The position numbers were made by a program, and so were the translations under genes. This document shows positions 62,120-64,000 of a DNA stretch of 64,000 bases, piece by piece (positions within the stretch are counted from its first letter, which is position 1; every line of letters begins with the position of its first letter). The stretch is taken from contig NC_042999.1 in the NCBI RefSeq assembly GCF_006345805.1, positions 6,262,001-6,326,000 of the forward strand. Direction: 5' to 3'. This DNA comes from Octopus sinensis. Its lineage: Eukaryota. A model generated the notes under the pieces. The model was given only the letters and a program-made list of their open reading frames with translations. It ran no database searches and was not told the origin of the DNA.

Positions 62120-64000
62120 CTATAGTCAGTGGAGATACCATTCATAGATGATAAAAATATTTTATTCAAGAAGTCTGAGTCCTAAGAATGTAAAAGAAAT
62201 CAAACTCATGAAGGAGGACAACAAAGAAAAGTACCATATAACCTACTTCAGCAGAAAGGTTGACACTGGAATCATTAAGTCATTGCAGTTCCTTAGAACT
62301 CACACTCAATACTTAGGGCTTTATGCCTAATAAAGAAAAGAGTTCCTCAGAACTCACTGACAAAATACATTCCTAAGTTTCTTATAATCTAATGGATCCA
62401 GTGCCCAATACGTTACTGTATAGTTCGAAATCAATTTTGACTGAGCGCATCTTTCAGAAAGTTAGTTCAAACTACATTTAAGGCATATGATACTATCTAG
62501 GACTTCGTTATCTACTTATCCTACACTATTAAGATGATATGTGGGAGATTTGGCAGTTATTTCTTGCAGATCAAACGGCTAAGTAGAGGGGTGTTTTGTA
62601 GTGGATTTAGGACAAATCAATCACCCTGTTAAAATGAACACCCAGAGAAGTTGAAATTTTAAAAAATCAATCGAATTTATGAGCTGTACTCCTCTGTTGT
62701 GTCTATTTAACTACACCTGTTATATAGCTAAACAGAACCATTGAAAGTCGAATATCTTGGAGACCACACAATGATGTGTGACGATAAAAATGCGAATTTT
62801 GGTTAGTAGCAACACGACAGCGATTTATTCGATGGGAAGGCTCGTCCTTTTTCATGATTAAATATATATATATATATATTGACCCAGAAGCGGCAGGTGA
62901 TCAACGAATTATTTTTTTGTTTTGGTTAATCTCACATTTCATTACAAGACACTATAGTGCAATATTTTCAAACGGATTACTTTCAAAAAAATAATTATTA
63001 GAAAGTGAATTTTCATTTTTCTAATACAAACTTTCATTTTGTATTCACAGAAATATACATATTGCCGTAAAACTTGAGAATAGGGTTTTGTAGTGCTTGC
63101 AGAAAAATTTACTCTGAATGCTAGGTTCACTTGTATAAATTAGATCTAAGATGTTGTGTAATGATGGATCAGCCCCAATAGAGGAGACCCACAGGTTTCG
63201 ACTGTTTTAATTTAGGGGTGTGTCCGACAATGCCAGATTATATATACAGGAGTCATCCTTGATGGCCGTAGTATATAGACGAAGTGGAAATCAACTGTTA
63301 AAAGAAAATCCACAAATGGTGTGACAGGTTAGGAATAGAAGGTTGTAGCGGAACTCTCTCAAGTAGTCCTGCTATATGGTCATTGAAAATAAGTTGTATA
63401 TTAACCAACAAATAACAATGGCAAAATATTACAACCTCTGTACACTGGATTAAATATCTCCTTAGTGATGCAGTTACTCCGGATTTAATAAAAAAAAATC
63501 CTAATCTATTCTTTGATGCCATCATTGAATCAAAGACTTCATAACAATTAATGATTACGAAATGGACTTCGTAATGAGATATTTCTAAATGAAAATAAAA
63601 TGGTAAATAACTCAATATTCCAACAAAAGCCAATACCACGGTAGTATTAATACATTTGAAGAAGAAGAGTTTTAAAAACGTGAAAATATTTTTCGACAAA
63701 AGTTTCTTTTTTTTTTTTTAAATGTCTTTTAAACATTCTATGAATTAATCTTCCATAACAAAATATCTTTTTAGATTTTACAAACGTTTACATCACTTAG
63801 AAAGAACCAAACCAGGAAGACACGTTATGCAATTTAAAGTATTTTCAAACTAAGACCATTTTAATCCCAATTTAACCCTTTCGTTGACAACCAGGCCGAA
63901 ACCGGCTCTGGCTCTGTAGAACAAATGTCTTGTTTTCATAAGTTTTGCATCAAAATATACCACGAAACCTTAGTCGCAATTTATTGATAACTAAGTTATT

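Noticed and set aside
63298-63699. 133-aa hydrophobic minus-strand ORF
   Set aside because: AT-rich composition explains the F/I/L bias; no motif or splice support.

Overview
AT-rich, repeat-dense metazoan genomic DNA. The SINE/LINE families suggest an octopus (inference; not database-checked). Two spliced protein-coding genes can be reconstructed by hand. (1) On +, a complete 5-coding-exon NSE2/MMS21 (NSMCE2) SP-RING SUMO ligase gene: 38081-54133, 720 nt CDS, 239 aa, all GT-AG junctions in phase. (2) On -, an unidentified partial gene with at least 8 exons between 18160 and 325, ending in symmetric phase-1 exons of Lys/Arg patch plus acidic tract; it probably shares a divergent promoter near 32.1-32.5 kb. 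The rest is mostly mobile DNA: three tRNA-derived SINE families, RTE, CR1, L2-like and R4-like LINE relics, a decayed Penelope-like element (RT + GIY-YIG), mariner relics, and hAT, piggyBac-like, pogo-like, mariner-like and Helentron-like MITEs. The most striking unannotated signal is a set of minimal hammerhead-ribozyme motifs from several sequence families. One has an intact core at 10697-10729. Several sit inside fold-back palindromes, the architecture expected of Penelope-like pseudo-LTRs or retrozyme-like elements. Most ORFs in the supplied track are repeat or microsatellite artefacts.
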